DNA of 64,000 bases from Candidatus Sericytochromatia bacterium. Its GTDB lineage: Bacteria > Cyanobacteriota > Sericytochromatia > UBA7694. This document shows, in pieces, positions 1 through 12,173 of this stretch (position 1 is its first letter; every line of letters starts with the position of its first letter). Position numbers and translations under genes: made by a program. The notes under the pieces are model-generated. The model did no database searches. It was not told the origin of the DNA and saw only the letters and a program-made list of their open reading frames with translations. The stretch lies in assembly GCA_037968875.1 (NCBI GenBank), contig JBBKWI010000139.1, forward strand, positions 884 to 64,883, given 5' to 3'.

Positions 1-1432
1 GGCCATTACTCAAGTGCTGACTATAAGCAGCGGCATAGGCGACTTGCTGAGTCTGTTGATAGGTGCGCACCCAGGCCCGCACGCCCTGACGGCCATCTAA
101 GCTATCATCGATTGCTAAGATCTGACTCTGGATCAGCTCTTCGCGCTGCTCACTCTGAATTGGCAAAGCCATCTGGCCGATGCGATCCATTCCCATGCGA
201 AAGAGCCGCCCAACCCAGCCAAAACCTGGTTGCCAATCTGGTGTGACCCGCAAGCTATAGGCTGCGGTCTGCTGATAAAAATCTTGTATCGCCAGAGGCA
301 ATAAGTCCGGCTCGAAATCCGGGCGGGCATAGCTAGCAAAGTCGGCAATTAATCCGGTCGGCTGAGCGAATCCTGGGGCGAATTGTTCAGGAACCGCACC
401 GATACGCTGAAAAAAATTGGGGCCAATAAAGTCACGGCCTCTGAGCTGACTCCAGGGCAGTACTTTGCTTGCGAGTCGGGGCTCAGGTTTTTCAAGTGCG
501 AAGGCCAGCAAGGCCGGCAAAGCAAAGCCGAGCACATTAAACAAGCCATGACGCCAGCCCATTTGCGGGATACTGACCCAGACCAGATTCAAATAAGTCG
601 CCACAGCATAGAGCAAAGCCCAGAACATCGACCACAAGATCGAGACCGAAGCCACACTGAGCAAAGCTTTGGCTAAACCCGAACGGATCTGGGGAAGCCC
701 CCAGGTTAAGATCAGCACCGACCAGACCAGCAAACTGGCCGCAAAGACACCGGCTGCGAGCACTTCTAAAGTCGCTGAAAACGTGATCCCGAGTGCCAAT
801 AAAGGAATACCCAGAATACTGCCCCAAACAACGGCACGATACAGTTTTTGTACCCAACGATCCTGAAACACGAACAAGCGTCCTGAAAGACCAATGATCA
901 GACAGGCTGCAAAACCCGCAAAATGAAAATGAACGGCCGTCAAAAAAACAATTGCTGGGCCAAAATCGATCGGGTTCAATCCCAGACGTGAAATCAAAAG
1001 CCAAATGCCACCGACAGCCACAAAAATCAAACCGAAATGAATGCAGACTTCTTCCCAGGCTTCGAAACCCTGGCGCAAGAGACGCAGGCCGCCCAGCAAG
1101 GCAATCGCAAAACAGATCGCAAGCCAGGGCAAGACATAGAGTCCGCTTAACCAGCCAGTATCCCAGATCAAGCCACTTAAGCACAGGCAAGCAGCAGGAA
1201 ACTCCCAGCGCAAGATCCATTGGTAAAGGACTGCTTCTTGCACAATGGTCAGGGTCGACAGACCCAGGCGCACCAGCAAAGCTGGCGCCAACGCAAAGAG
1301 CGCCAAAAATACAGCGGGAATATCAAAGCGCAACGGCAAGAGAGCAAAGCCCAACAGCAATGCCAACCACAGCCCCAGGCCAGCAGCCAGACGCCACAGG
1401 GGCAAATTCAGCGAATTGCGGATCGCATGCAT
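1..1432 (-). CDS. Polytopic membrane protein with C-terminal soluble domain, hypothetical; partial, C-terminus beyond window start
   Basis: ATG at 1432 on minus strand opens a frame (MHAIRNSLNLPLWRLAAGLGLWLALLLGF...) with no stop down to position 1. Codon-by-codon check of 1432..830 and 480..420 shows many hydrophobic TM segments. Not in the ORF track, which lacks ORFs without an in-window stop; the track ORF 537..1220 is a Cys-rich out-of-frame artefact. Confidence 0.7.
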   Translation of the reverse strand, partial: MHAIRNSLNLPLWRLAAGLGLWLALLLGFALLPLRFDIPAVFLALFALAPALLVRLGLSTLTIVQEAVLYQWILRWEFPAACLCLSGLIWDTGWLSGLYVLPWLAICFAIALLGGLRLLRQGFEAWEEVCIHFGLIFVAVGGIWLLISRLGLNPIDFGPAIVFLTAVHFHFAGFAACLIIGLSGRLFVFQDRWVQKLYRAVVWGSILGIPLLALGITFSATLEVLAAGVFAASLLVWSVLILTWGLPQIRSGLAKALLSVASVSILWSMFWALLYAVATYLNLVWVSIPQMGWRHGLFNVLGFALPALLAFALEKPEPRLASKVLPWSQLRGRDFIGPNFFQRIGAVPEQFAPGFAQPTGLIADFASYARPDFEPDLLPLAIQDFYQQTAAYSLRVTPDWQPGFGWVGRLFRMGMDRIGQMALPIQSEQREELIQSQILAIDDSLDGRQGVRAWVRTYQQTQQVAYAAAYSQHLSNG

Positions 1433-1518
1433 AGGGTCAGTCCTCAGTCTTCAGGTTCTGGAATCTGAGTCTAGCATATTCAAAGCCAGGGCCAAATTTG
1501 AGTACTAAAACGAGCAAT

Positions 1519-2679
1519 TTATTTGGGCAATGCCTGCATCGTATAGAGCTCCATTTCTGGGTTCCACTCCAGCACCGGATTCTGCCAGAAACGTACGAGA
1601 TCTTGACGACTGAGCGGCCGCTCCTGGATATAGTCCGGGTAACGGGCCTTGACGGCAGCGGTCGCTTTGCGCAGATGATACCAGGGAATCCGGGGGGCCA
1701 CATGGTGCACAACATGGTAATTAAAATCAAAGGCCAGAAACTCGATCAAACGCGGGAAGCGCACATTAAAGGTGCAGATAATATGGCCTCGAAAAGCGGT
1801 CCAATTGGCTTTCTCGAAGACCATCGTATCGGCATTGGTATGCTGCACCTGGGTGATCAAAGATCCCAGAATAAAACCAAAGAAACCGCCCATGGCGTAA
1901 TACTTAAAGACCGCCCAGAGCCCACCCCAGCTAAACAAAGCCAGCAATAAGCCGCCAGTACAGGCGAACATCAGCAAAGTTGAGAACAAGAGTTGTCTTT
2001 TAAAGCGCTGATTGAGATAAATTTGGCGGTAGCCCAGGGGTAAAAAGGTACGCCGGAAATTGCCAGCCATAAAGCCCACCAGCAGCCCCAATGAAGAAGC
2101 ATAGCCCACGCGAATATAGATTTTTTGAAAGAAATTCATTTGTTGATATTCTTCAGCTGTTGCCATTTTTTCAGGCCAGTCGGTGTCCAGATTGCGAATC
2201 TGAGAATAAGCGTGATGGTGATTATGAGAGATTTGCCAGTTGCGATAGCCCACCATCGTAAACGAGGTGCAAAGATAGCCGACCCAATCGTTAACCCAGC
2301 GTCGTTTCGCAAAAGCCCCATGGCCACAGTCATGGGCCAAAATAATCAGGCCAACCATTGCTGCGCCCTGGCAAACCCAAAGAAAAGTCGTCGCCGGTAG
2401 TTTCCAAAGCAGATTCAGATCCCAGCTTAAGGGCATTTGGAATAGCAAAAAAGCAATCAGAGCCAAAGCACCAAACGCCCGAAAGACACTCCAGACGGAA
2501 CGCCAGGGCGAGAAAACATAACAGTCTTCAGGAATAGCGGCTTTGATTTCTTTCATGCCGACGCCTTCGGCACGGCTTAAGGCATCTAATTCAATCGGCA
2601 ATAAAGGCACTTTGGTGACAGGCTCAGAATCTAATGCTGAATTCGGGGGCTGAGGTTTTAATTGACTAACTTGGCTCAT
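1519..2679 (-). CDS. Membrane-bound fatty acid desaturase (acyl-lipid/acyl-CoA type)
   Basis: Three histidine boxes HDCGHGAF, HNHHH, HVVHH plus several TM helices; 386 aa. Confidence 0.85.
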   Translation of the reverse strand: MSQVSQLKPQPPNSALDSEPVTKVPLLPIELDALSRAEGVGMKEIKAAIPEDCYVFSPWRSVWSVFRAFGALALIAFLLFQMPLSWDLNLLWKLPATTFLWVCQGAAMVGLIILAHDCGHGAFAKRRWVNDWVGYLCTSFTMVGYRNWQISHNHHHAYSQIRNLDTDWPEKMATAEEYQQMNFFQKIYIRVGYASSLGLLVGFMAGNFRRTFLPLGYRQIYLNQRFKRQLLFSTLLMFACTGGLLLALFSWGGLWAVFKYYAMGGFFGFILGSLITQVQHTNADTMVFEKANWTAFRGHIICTFNVRFPRLIEFLAFDFNYHVVHHVAPRIPWYHLRKATAAVKARYPDYIQERPLSRQDLVRFWQNPVLEWNPEMELYTMQALPK

Positions 2680-2813
2680 CGCTAAACTATCTCCTATTTG
2701 ATCTTTAGTTTACATCTTGTGAAGGCTTAAAGAATAGCTAAAGTCAAAAAAATCACTTTTTGTTAAACAAAATAGACACTGCAAGATTTTGAAAAATCCC
2801 TTATCATTAAAGC

Positions 2814-3737
2814 ATGTCAGACACCATTTTTGATTCACATGATTGGCCCGGACTCTTTATCGATCAGGATCCGAGCCAAGGACGCCGCATTATTTTGCCA
2901 GCTGAACTCCAGGCTTTTCAAAAAAAACTTCAAACGATGTCGGCCTCAGGGCTACCTGGCGACAAAATCAAGCTCTATTTGCAAAACTGGCAAATCCAGG
3001 CTCAGGACTTGCCCGAGCCGCTAAAGCAAAGCTTGACTGAGGCATTGGCCATCTATGACCAATGCCCCCGGATCCTTGATTTGCTTGGCCTTTTGTCTAC
3101 GGCCTGCTCAGCCATCGATCCAACAGATATCGAGCAAGATATCAAACAAATACAAGAGCTATTTTTGCCTCGCCTACAACAGCAAGAAACCCGCTTAAAG
3201 CAAGAGATTCTACAAATTTATCAACAGGGCCTGGCCGATACCAAGTGGCATTTTTTACCCTTTGTACTGGATGCTGATGTGCTGGGTCCCAAAACCCTGA
3301 AAGTCAGAGGCAGTCAAATCAGCGATCCAGAGCCACCGATCAGACAGACGCCACTCAGCTTGCCCCCTTTACACTGGTGGAGCTGGAATCCGATCAGTTT
3401 GATTTTGAACCGTCGCTATCTGCGGGTTTTGCGCCAGGCTGAAGCGCGCTTTGGCAGTTTAGACCATTTTTTCGAGCAATTTTCAGAGCTCAGTCGCAGC
3501 TTAGTTTTCAACTATATGGTCAATCTGGTGCGCGCGAGCTCAACAAGCCCATTAAACCCACAAACCGTCGAAAGCTGGAAAAAGGCCTTTGATCAGCTCT
3601 TTAGCTCAGACTATACTCAGCTCGATTCCATCGAAGCCGAGGCAGGCTATCTCTCTGGCCAGTACATTCACACGGTCGACCGCGCCCTGGATCTGCTGGT
3701 TGCCGCAGCCAACGGCCTGGAGCAAAACCGAATTTAA
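2814..3737 (+). CDS. Hypothetical protein
   Basis: 307-aa ORF with divergent promoter region shared with the desaturase; no recognisable motifs. Confidence 0.5.
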   Translation: MSDTIFDSHDWPGLFIDQDPSQGRRIILPAELQAFQKKLQTMSASGLPGDKIKLYLQNWQIQAQDLPEPLKQSLTEALAIYDQCPRILDLLGLLSTACSAIDPTDIEQDIKQIQELFLPRLQQQETRLKQEILQIYQQGLADTKWHFLPFVLDADVLGPKTLKVRGSQISDPEPPIRQTPLSLPPLHWWSWNPISLILNRRYLRVLRQAEARFGSLDHFFEQFSELSRSLVFNYMVNLVRASSTSPLNPQTVESWKKAFDQLFSSDYTQLDSIEAEAGYLSGQYIHTVDRALDLLVAAANGLEQNRI

Positions 3738-3741
3738 CGGG

Positions 3742-4758
3742 TTACTTTTTAAGCCAGGCTTGACGTGCAGCCAGGGCATCGTGCGTAAAGTCAGAAAACA
3801 CACCATCGACTCCCAGCTCAAAAAATTGTTGGTATTCGGCTGCAATCTGCCCTTTGTAATCTGCCGGTAGATATTCTGGATCTGAGCGAAAGGTAAAGGG
3901 ATGCACCTGTAGCCCCAGGGCATGGGCTTGCTGGATCAGTTGCGTAGGCGCTTGTAAATGGCCATTGACTTCGGGCACGATCCAACGTTTATACGGGCCG
4001 ATACCGCTGGCGTAGCTCTGTATACGACGCAAGCCCGCCGGCGTGACCATACTGGCATAGCTCATGGCTGTGCCCATGCTATCGGCGGGGAAGCCCACAT
4101 CATCAATCAACTGGATCCGTTTGACTGGGGACATACGTTGCAGCCACTGTAGATTATTGACCTCAAAAGATTGAATAAACACCGGCGCATCAGCCCGATC
4201 CAGGCCCCGATTACGCAAATGAGTCAATAAGCGCGGTTCAATCGCTAAGTTCAGACTGCGAAAATGGCTGGGGTGCTTGGTCTCAGGATAAATCCCAATC
4301 TCTCTCCCTGTTTCGGTTTGCTTGCGGGCCACCAGATCCAAGATCTCCTGAAAGGTCGGGATAGCATAGCGGCCATTGAAGCTCTGATTACGAAAAGACA
4401 GACGCTGGGTGGCCCGCAGGGTTTTGAGTTCGGCCAGGCTAAAGTCTTCGCTAAACCAGCCCTGGTGGTCTTTGCCGTCGATCACCTGGTGTCGCTTGCG
4501 CTCAGGGAACTTCTGAGCCACATCGGTCGTACCGCCGATTTCATTTTCATGACGGGCAATCAAATAGCCATCACGGCTCACCACCAAATCGGGTTCAATA
4601 AAATCCGCCCCCTGATCAATCGCGCGCTCATAAGCCGCCAGGGTATGCTCAGGCAAAAGCCCTGAAGCGCCCCGATGGGCAATCACGAGAGGGGCTGCCG
4701 GGCCCAGCGCCGGGGTCAATTGCAGAAGCAAAGCAGTCAGCAAGGGAGGTAAATACAT
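3742..4758 (-). CDS. glpQ: Glycerophosphodiester phosphodiesterase, secreted
   Basis: N-terminal signal peptide; GDPD motifs VIAHRGASGLLPEHTLAAYERA and ADFIEPDLVVSRDGYLIARHENEI. Confidence 0.85.
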   Translation of the reverse strand: MYLPPLLTALLLQLTPALGPAAPLVIAHRGASGLLPEHTLAAYERAIDQGADFIEPDLVVSRDGYLIARHENEIGGTTDVAQKFPERKRHQVIDGKDHQGWFSEDFSLAELKTLRATQRLSFRNQSFNGRYAIPTFQEILDLVARKQTETGREIGIYPETKHPSHFRSLNLAIEPRLLTHLRNRGLDRADAPVFIQSFEVNNLQWLQRMSPVKRIQLIDDVGFPADSMGTAMSYASMVTPAGLRRIQSYASGIGPYKRWIVPEVNGHLQAPTQLIQQAHALGLQVHPFTFRSDPEYLPADYKGQIAAEYQQFFELGVDGVFSDFTHDALAARQAWLKK

Positions 4759-4835
4759 ACAAACAGACCTTTCAAATGGGGCTCAGAATCTTTGTTTATA
4801 CTATGCCATATTTGAAAAAGAAACGAAAACCGGAG

Positions 4836-5054
4836 CTAAGATTTGACGCGCAAAAGCGTCTCGCCAGCGCTGAGGCTTTCTGTTACTGAAGTTGAATCGG
4901 GACTGGCCGGGCTACAGGTGCCACTGGCACAGCTGCCACATGCGGCTTGCTTGTTTTTGTAGGACTGGCTCATACGCAGCAAACGGCGCACGATATAGCT
5001 CCCCGAAGCCCCCAGCACGCCCAGTACAAAGAGATTCTCCCACATTAGCCCCAC
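4836..5054 (-). CDS. FeoB-associated Cys-rich small membrane protein
   Basis: 72 aa; one N-terminal TM helix then CGSCASGTC cluster; overlaps the feoB stop by 10 bp, the typical position for this family. Confidence 0.6.
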   Translation of the reverse strand: MGLMWENLFVLGVLGASGSYIVRRLLRMSQSYKNKQAACGSCASGTCSPASPDSTSVTESLSAGETLLRVKS

Positions 5055-7210
5055 CCCATCAGGCGTCCGACCTGAAAAACAATCATCGAGGCCACATAGG
5101 CTGTGCCCGTGGTAATCAGCAAGACAAATCCAAAATAGCGCCCGCCAAACTCCTGGACCATCGCCCCCACCACCGAAATACAGGAGAGTAAGAGCAGATT
5201 AAAAACCATATATGAAAAAGCCGACAGGGGCGTGAAGGTATTGCGCACGGCCTGGGTCAAGGCCGATTCCGTACTGGCTTCTAAGACAAAGGGTGTCGGC
5301 AAGATATTACTGACAACGGCTGCTCCCGAAGCAAACACCGCATCTTTTAAGCCGCTAATCTGTTGCCAGAGCTCAGCGCCCAGGGCGGGTGTCTCCTGAA
5401 TGCTATCAGGCTGCTGAACGCTCATCACGACCCCCAGTGTACCGACGACCATCTCTTTGGCCATAAAGCCTGGCAAAATCGCAGCAACGGGCTCCCAGCG
5501 CTCGCCAAAGCCCTGCGGTAAGAAGATCGGCGCCACTGCTCGCGCCGAATATCCTAACACGGTGCGTTCAGGGGGAGCCCCATAAGGTAGGTTTAAGAGC
5601 GCCCAGAGCAGAATCATACTGATCGCAATCACAGTGCCAGCCTGTTTGACAAAAGAACGAATTTTAAGTCCAATCGAGGCCCAGAGCGTTTTAAAAGTCG
5701 GAAAGCGATACGGGGGCAGCTCCATCACAAAAGCGGGAATTTCCGCTTTAAAACGGGTTTTACGCAAAATAATCGCCCAGATAATTGCCACGGCAACCCC
5801 GATCAGGTACATCGACATGATCACCAATGCTTGCTGACGCTGAAAAAAGACCGCTGTAAACAAAGCATAAATCGGCAACTTGGCACCACAGGACATAAAC
5901 GACATCACCGCCACGGTGATCTTACGATCGGTCTCGCTTTCGAGAGCACGGGTGGCATAAACAGCAGGTACATTGCAGCCAAAGCCCACCAATAAAGGCA
6001 CAAAGGATTTACCATGTAAGCCAAAGCGATACATAAAGCGATCCATCAAAAAGGCTGCCCGGGCCATATAGCCGCTTTCTTCGAGTAGAGCCAAAAACAG
6101 ATATAAAAAGAACAGCAAAGGAACAAAGGTCAGCACTAGCCCCACACCACCTATCACTCCTTCTTTGACCAGAGAAATCAGAGGTGCTGGTAGATACAGG
6201 GCTTCCAGACTCAGGCCAGCCCAACGTGCCAAAAACCCATTAAAGAAACCATCGATCCAATCAATAAAGGGCGTCGAGATATCAAAAGTAAGCTTAAAGA
6301 CGACAAACAAAATCGCCAAAAACGCAGGAATTCCCGTCCATTCATTGAGTAGCAGCCGATCCGTGAGATCGGTCCAGTCAGATTTAGGCTGCTCCGGAGG
6401 AATCACTAAATCGTGTACCAACTGAGACACATACTGCTGACGATGACGGCTTAAGCTGCGCCCCAGATCAGGAAAAACGGTCGCCAGAATCTCGCGGGAA
6501 CTGTGGCCAAAGTCAGATAAGTTTTGCGCATGCAATTCTTCTATTTTTTTTAGGGAATAGCTATCCTGCTCTAATAATTTAAGTGCCAACCAGCGGGGCG
6601 GGGCACCCTGAGCAAAATCAGCTCCCACAAAGTCAGCCTGAATCTGGAGCAATTCTTTTTCGACAGCTTCCGGGTAGAGCAAAGGAGCCGGTGCAGCCAG
6701 ATCCTTGCTTTGCAATAAAGCGTCTTTCAGCACATCTACGCCTTGCCCGGTGGGGCCAACAGTACATAAAACAGGCATACCCAAAGTTTCGGCTAATTTG
6801 ACGGCATCCAGAGAATAGCCGCGTTTTTCAAATTCATCCCACATATTCAAAACCAATAGCATCGGAATGTCCATTTCCATCAGTTGCAAAGTGAGGTAAA
6901 GGCTTTTTTCGAGATTACTGGCATCAATCACATTCACAATTAGATCGGGCGGTTCAGCCAGCAAAAAGTCACGGCAAACTTGCTCTTCGAGGGTGAAGGG
7001 ACTCAGACTATAGGTCCCTGGTAAATCAATCAATTGAAAGTTTGTGTTTTGGTATTGAAATCGAGCTTGTTTTTTTTCGACGGTGACCCCAGGCCAATTG
7101 CCCACTTTCAGGCGACTCTGAGCTATCGCATTGATCAGAGCAGTCTTGCCGACATTGGGGTTCCCGGCGAAGGCCACCACCCACTCAGCCTGTGCCGCAG
7201 ATGTGGTCAT
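5045..7210 (-). CDS. feoB: Ferrous iron transporter FeoB
   Basis: N-terminal G-protein domain (GNPNVGKTALINAI, DLPGTYSL) followed by a polytopic permease domain; 721 aa. Confidence 0.95.
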   Translation of the reverse strand: MTTSAAQAEWVVAFAGNPNVGKTALINAIAQSRLKVGNWPGVTVEKKQARFQYQNTNFQLIDLPGTYSLSPFTLEEQVCRDFLLAEPPDLIVNVIDASNLEKSLYLTLQLMEMDIPMLLVLNMWDEFEKRGYSLDAVKLAETLGMPVLCTVGPTGQGVDVLKDALLQSKDLAAPAPLLYPEAVEKELLQIQADFVGADFAQGAPPRWLALKLLEQDSYSLKKIEELHAQNLSDFGHSSREILATVFPDLGRSLSRHRQQYVSQLVHDLVIPPEQPKSDWTDLTDRLLLNEWTGIPAFLAILFVVFKLTFDISTPFIDWIDGFFNGFLARWAGLSLEALYLPAPLISLVKEGVIGGVGLVLTFVPLLFFLYLFLALLEESGYMARAAFLMDRFMYRFGLHGKSFVPLLVGFGCNVPAVYATRALESETDRKITVAVMSFMSCGAKLPIYALFTAVFFQRQQALVIMSMYLIGVAVAIIWAIILRKTRFKAEIPAFVMELPPYRFPTFKTLWASIGLKIRSFVKQAGTVIAISMILLWALLNLPYGAPPERTVLGYSARAVAPIFLPQGFGERWEPVAAILPGFMAKEMVVGTLGVVMSVQQPDSIQETPALGAELWQQISGLKDAVFASGAAVVSNILPTPFVLEASTESALTQAVRNTFTPLSAFSYMVFNLLLLSCISVVGAMVQEFGGRYFGFVLLITTGTAYVASMIVFQVGRLMGWG

Positions 7211-7213
7211 GGC

Positions 7214-7531
7214 TTAAGTACGAACAGCTTGAATCACAAAAGCTGAAGATAAGCGCAGAGCCAAACGGCTATGCTCGCATTTGAGCAACAAGCTCTGCCC
7301 CTGGCGTTTGAGAATATGGATCTGCTTACCTGGCAAGAGGCCCATCGATTCCAGACGTTGACAAAACTTATGTTCGCCCTGGACACCAACAATTTCGACC
7401 CAGGCACCGGCAGGAAAATTCTCGATAGCTTCGGCCTGATTCAGAGCGGGTGCAAATTCAGATAAATGTGAGTTGATAAACATCTTTTTATAACTAACTT
7501 TACGTTGCTTATTACTATTCAAAATAAGCAA
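7214..7531 (-). CDS. feoA: FeoA family protein
   Basis: FeoA SH3-like core (GKQIHILKRQGQSLLLKCEHSRLALRLSSAFVI); 3-bp gap to feoB. True start may be the internal Met (MFINSHL, about 7483) giving the usual 89 aa. Confidence 0.8.
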   Translation of the reverse strand: MLILNSNKQRKVSYKKMFINSHLSEFAPALNQAEAIENFPAGAWVEIVGVQGEHKFCQRLESMGLLPGKQIHILKRQGQSLLLKCEHSRLALRLSSAFVIQAVRT

Positions 7532-7884
7532 TCCAGCCCCTCACTGTCAACAAAGTTCCCAACATAAATTTGTGAATCCGCTCACTAATTATCTAATGAA
7601 CTAATAAAAAATTAATTATTGGGTGACTTAAAAAAAGTAAATTTGTTTACTTGACTGATTTTCCGCTATTTTATTGAGACAGGTTTAATACCCTGCTTAT
7701 TTTTTGATCTAAATCTTCTGATTTGCTCAAACAAACTAATTTTTAGTCGTCAAAATATTTAAATCAGGAGATACAATAATATTTATTAGGCTATAGGCTA
7801 ACTATAAAAATATGATCACACGAATAAATTATTATAACTAATCAAACAAAAGAATATTTACTCAACGTAATTAATACTTTTTTA

Positions 7885-7914
7885 TTGACAAAATCTTTTA
7901 TCGCTGATTAAGAT
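7885..7914 (+). promoter_or_regulatory. Putative sigma70-type promoter for the 7955 ORF
   Basis: TTGACA at 7885-7890, 18-bp spacer, TAAGAT at 7909-7914, inside a 420-bp AT-rich intergenic region; Shine-Dalgarno AAGGA lies 9 nt before the GTG at 7955. Confidence 0.35.
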
Positions 7915-7954
7915 AGGAGAAAGACTTCGATTTAATAGATAAGGAAACACCACC

Positions 7955-8272
7955 GTGAAACATGATTCTGTTTTTGTAGAGTCTGAAATTGGAACTGTCA
8001 GTTTCTGTGATGCCTGCCAACGGGCCAGCATTGGCTATGGCCCCGTGATGATTCCCCTCAAAGAAAAAAACTTTTCTGATTTTCTCCATTTTTTTGAACA
8101 AACCCTGAGCGAACAACGCAAAAAGAATGACTTCATGAGCTTCCGCTATTCTGAGCTCTACTTCCGGATTCCCTTTAGCGATGCAGACGACTTGCTGAGC
8201 TTGATCCAACAAGCCCAGACTGAAATTTGGCGCCATCGCTTAGAAAATCAATACCAGACCCTGGCCAATTAA
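7955..8272 (+). CDS. Hypothetical small protein (GTG start)
   Basis: 105-aa ORF with SD AAGGA upstream; no known motifs. Confidence 0.45.
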   Translation: MKHDSVFVESEIGTVSFCDACQRASIGYGPVMIPLKEKNFSDFLHFFEQTLSEQRKKNDFMSFRYSELYFRIPFSDADDLLSLIQQAQTEIWRHRLENQYQTLAN

Positions 8273-8427
8273 AGCGATTTATTCATATAGAAAAGTCCAC
8301 TCTCCAGGTGGATTTTTGTTTTTTGCAGAAATCAATCGCTGGACATCTCTTAATTTAGCCATCCCTGCAGTGCTGAACTGATATTGCTATAGTAGACAAA
8401 ACAGAAACTCTCAAAGGATCCTTATTC

Positions 8428-9282
8428 ATGTCTGCACCCCTTGCTTTTGTCAAATCCGTCGCCCTACTCAAAGATTTTGATACTGAAATTTTGGAATGTC
8501 TGGCAACCTTATTAGTCCCGCATCAAGTAGAGGACCAAGAGATTGTGATTGAAGAAGGCCAGGCGGGACACTCGCTGTTTTTTATTGCAGACGGTGTTTT
8601 TGAAATCAACAAACGAGGCAAACCAGCTCCCATCAACCAACTGAAGCGTGGGGACTATTTCGGGGAACTGGGCGTACTCTTTCACGAACCTCGCTCAGCC
8701 AGCGTCCGTGCTATCGGTCCCGGTCAGATTTATGAGCTCTCCGCTGAAATTTTTCGTGAGCTCTTTGAAGCCCACCAGGAGATAATGGATGAGGTTAAAA
8801 AAGAAGCTCGCAAGCGCAAATACTTTTTGAATCCCCAGCAAATCCGCACCAATGCCAACACTATATCCCGCATGAAAGCCAAAATTCTGGCCCAAAAATT
8901 GGCCTCACTCGATCTCTTTAGAGAAATCGAAATGGATATCTTAATTGACCTGGCCCTGAAACTCAACAAAGAAATGACTCGTAAAAACCAAATCATTTTC
9001 TCGCAGAACGATCCTGCTAAAGCCATGTATATTTTGGCCAAAGGCAGTGTTCAGGTGATTGATGAAGAGCAGCAAAGCGCCCTAAAAACCCTCTCAGCAG
9101 GAGATATTTTTGGTGAAATGGCCCTGATCCAGGAGTCACGCCGTAATGCAACGCTTCAAACCCTTGATTTTTGCGAGCTCTACCGCCTCGACAAAGCTGA
9201 CTTTAAGGCTGTAATCGATACCCACCCAGAAATTGCCTCTAAAATCTATCAGGTAGCCAAACAACGCAGCACAGATAGCTGA
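8428..9282 (+). CDS. Tandem cyclic-nucleotide-binding (CAP_ED) domain protein without effector domain
   Basis: Two cNMP-binding cassettes (DYFGELGVLFHEPRSASVRA and GDIFGEMALIQESRRNATLQT) separated by a linker; no HTH or other output domain. Confidence 0.8.
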   Translation: MSAPLAFVKSVALLKDFDTEILECLATLLVPHQVEDQEIVIEEGQAGHSLFFIADGVFEINKRGKPAPINQLKRGDYFGELGVLFHEPRSASVRAIGPGQIYELSAEIFRELFEAHQEIMDEVKKEARKRKYFLNPQQIRTNANTISRMKAKILAQKLASLDLFREIEMDILIDLALKLNKEMTRKNQIIFSQNDPAKAMYILAKGSVQVIDEEQQSALKTLSAGDIFGEMALIQESRRNATLQTLDFCELYRLDKADFKAVIDTHPEIASKIYQVAKQRSTDS

Positions 9283-9340
9283 TCTTCAGCGAGACCTGAG
9301 CCACAAGTTCTTTAAAAATTTCATTTTAAAACAAAAACAG

Positions 9341-9368
9341 AAAAAGCCGGGCATTGTGCCCGGCTTTT
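9341..9368. terminator. Bidirectional rho-independent terminator between the cNMP gene and acnA
   Basis: aaaaa-GCCGGGCA-ttg-TGCCCGGC-tttt: GC stem of 8 bp flanked by A-run and T-run, usable on both strands. Confidence 0.7.
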
Positions 9369-9383
9369 GTCATTAAACTCTAT

Positions 9384-12095
<2,712 letters not shown>

Positions 12096-12173
12096 GATGC
12101 GTCCTTTCCTTGGTAAGATGTATATAATCATGATACACAACTTGCCGCTCAGGCGGCGGAACAGGAATCAGAA

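Noticed and set aside
967-990. GGGTTCAATCCC T-loop-like motif suggesting a tRNA
   Set aside because: Lies inside a coding frame, and no acceptor or anticodon stems can be folded around it. No tRNA genes found elsewhere in the window.
537-1220. 227-aa minus-strand ORF in the track (Cys/Gly/Phe-rich)
   Set aside because: Out-of-frame read-through of the genuine membrane-protein gene (frame of ATG 1432). Composition is not protein-like.
952-1508. Three overlapping plus-strand ORFs rich in Arg/Gln/Ala (952..1434, 1220..1468, 1245..1508)
   Set aside because: Antisense of the real minus-strand membrane gene. Low-complexity basic composition typical of antisense frames.
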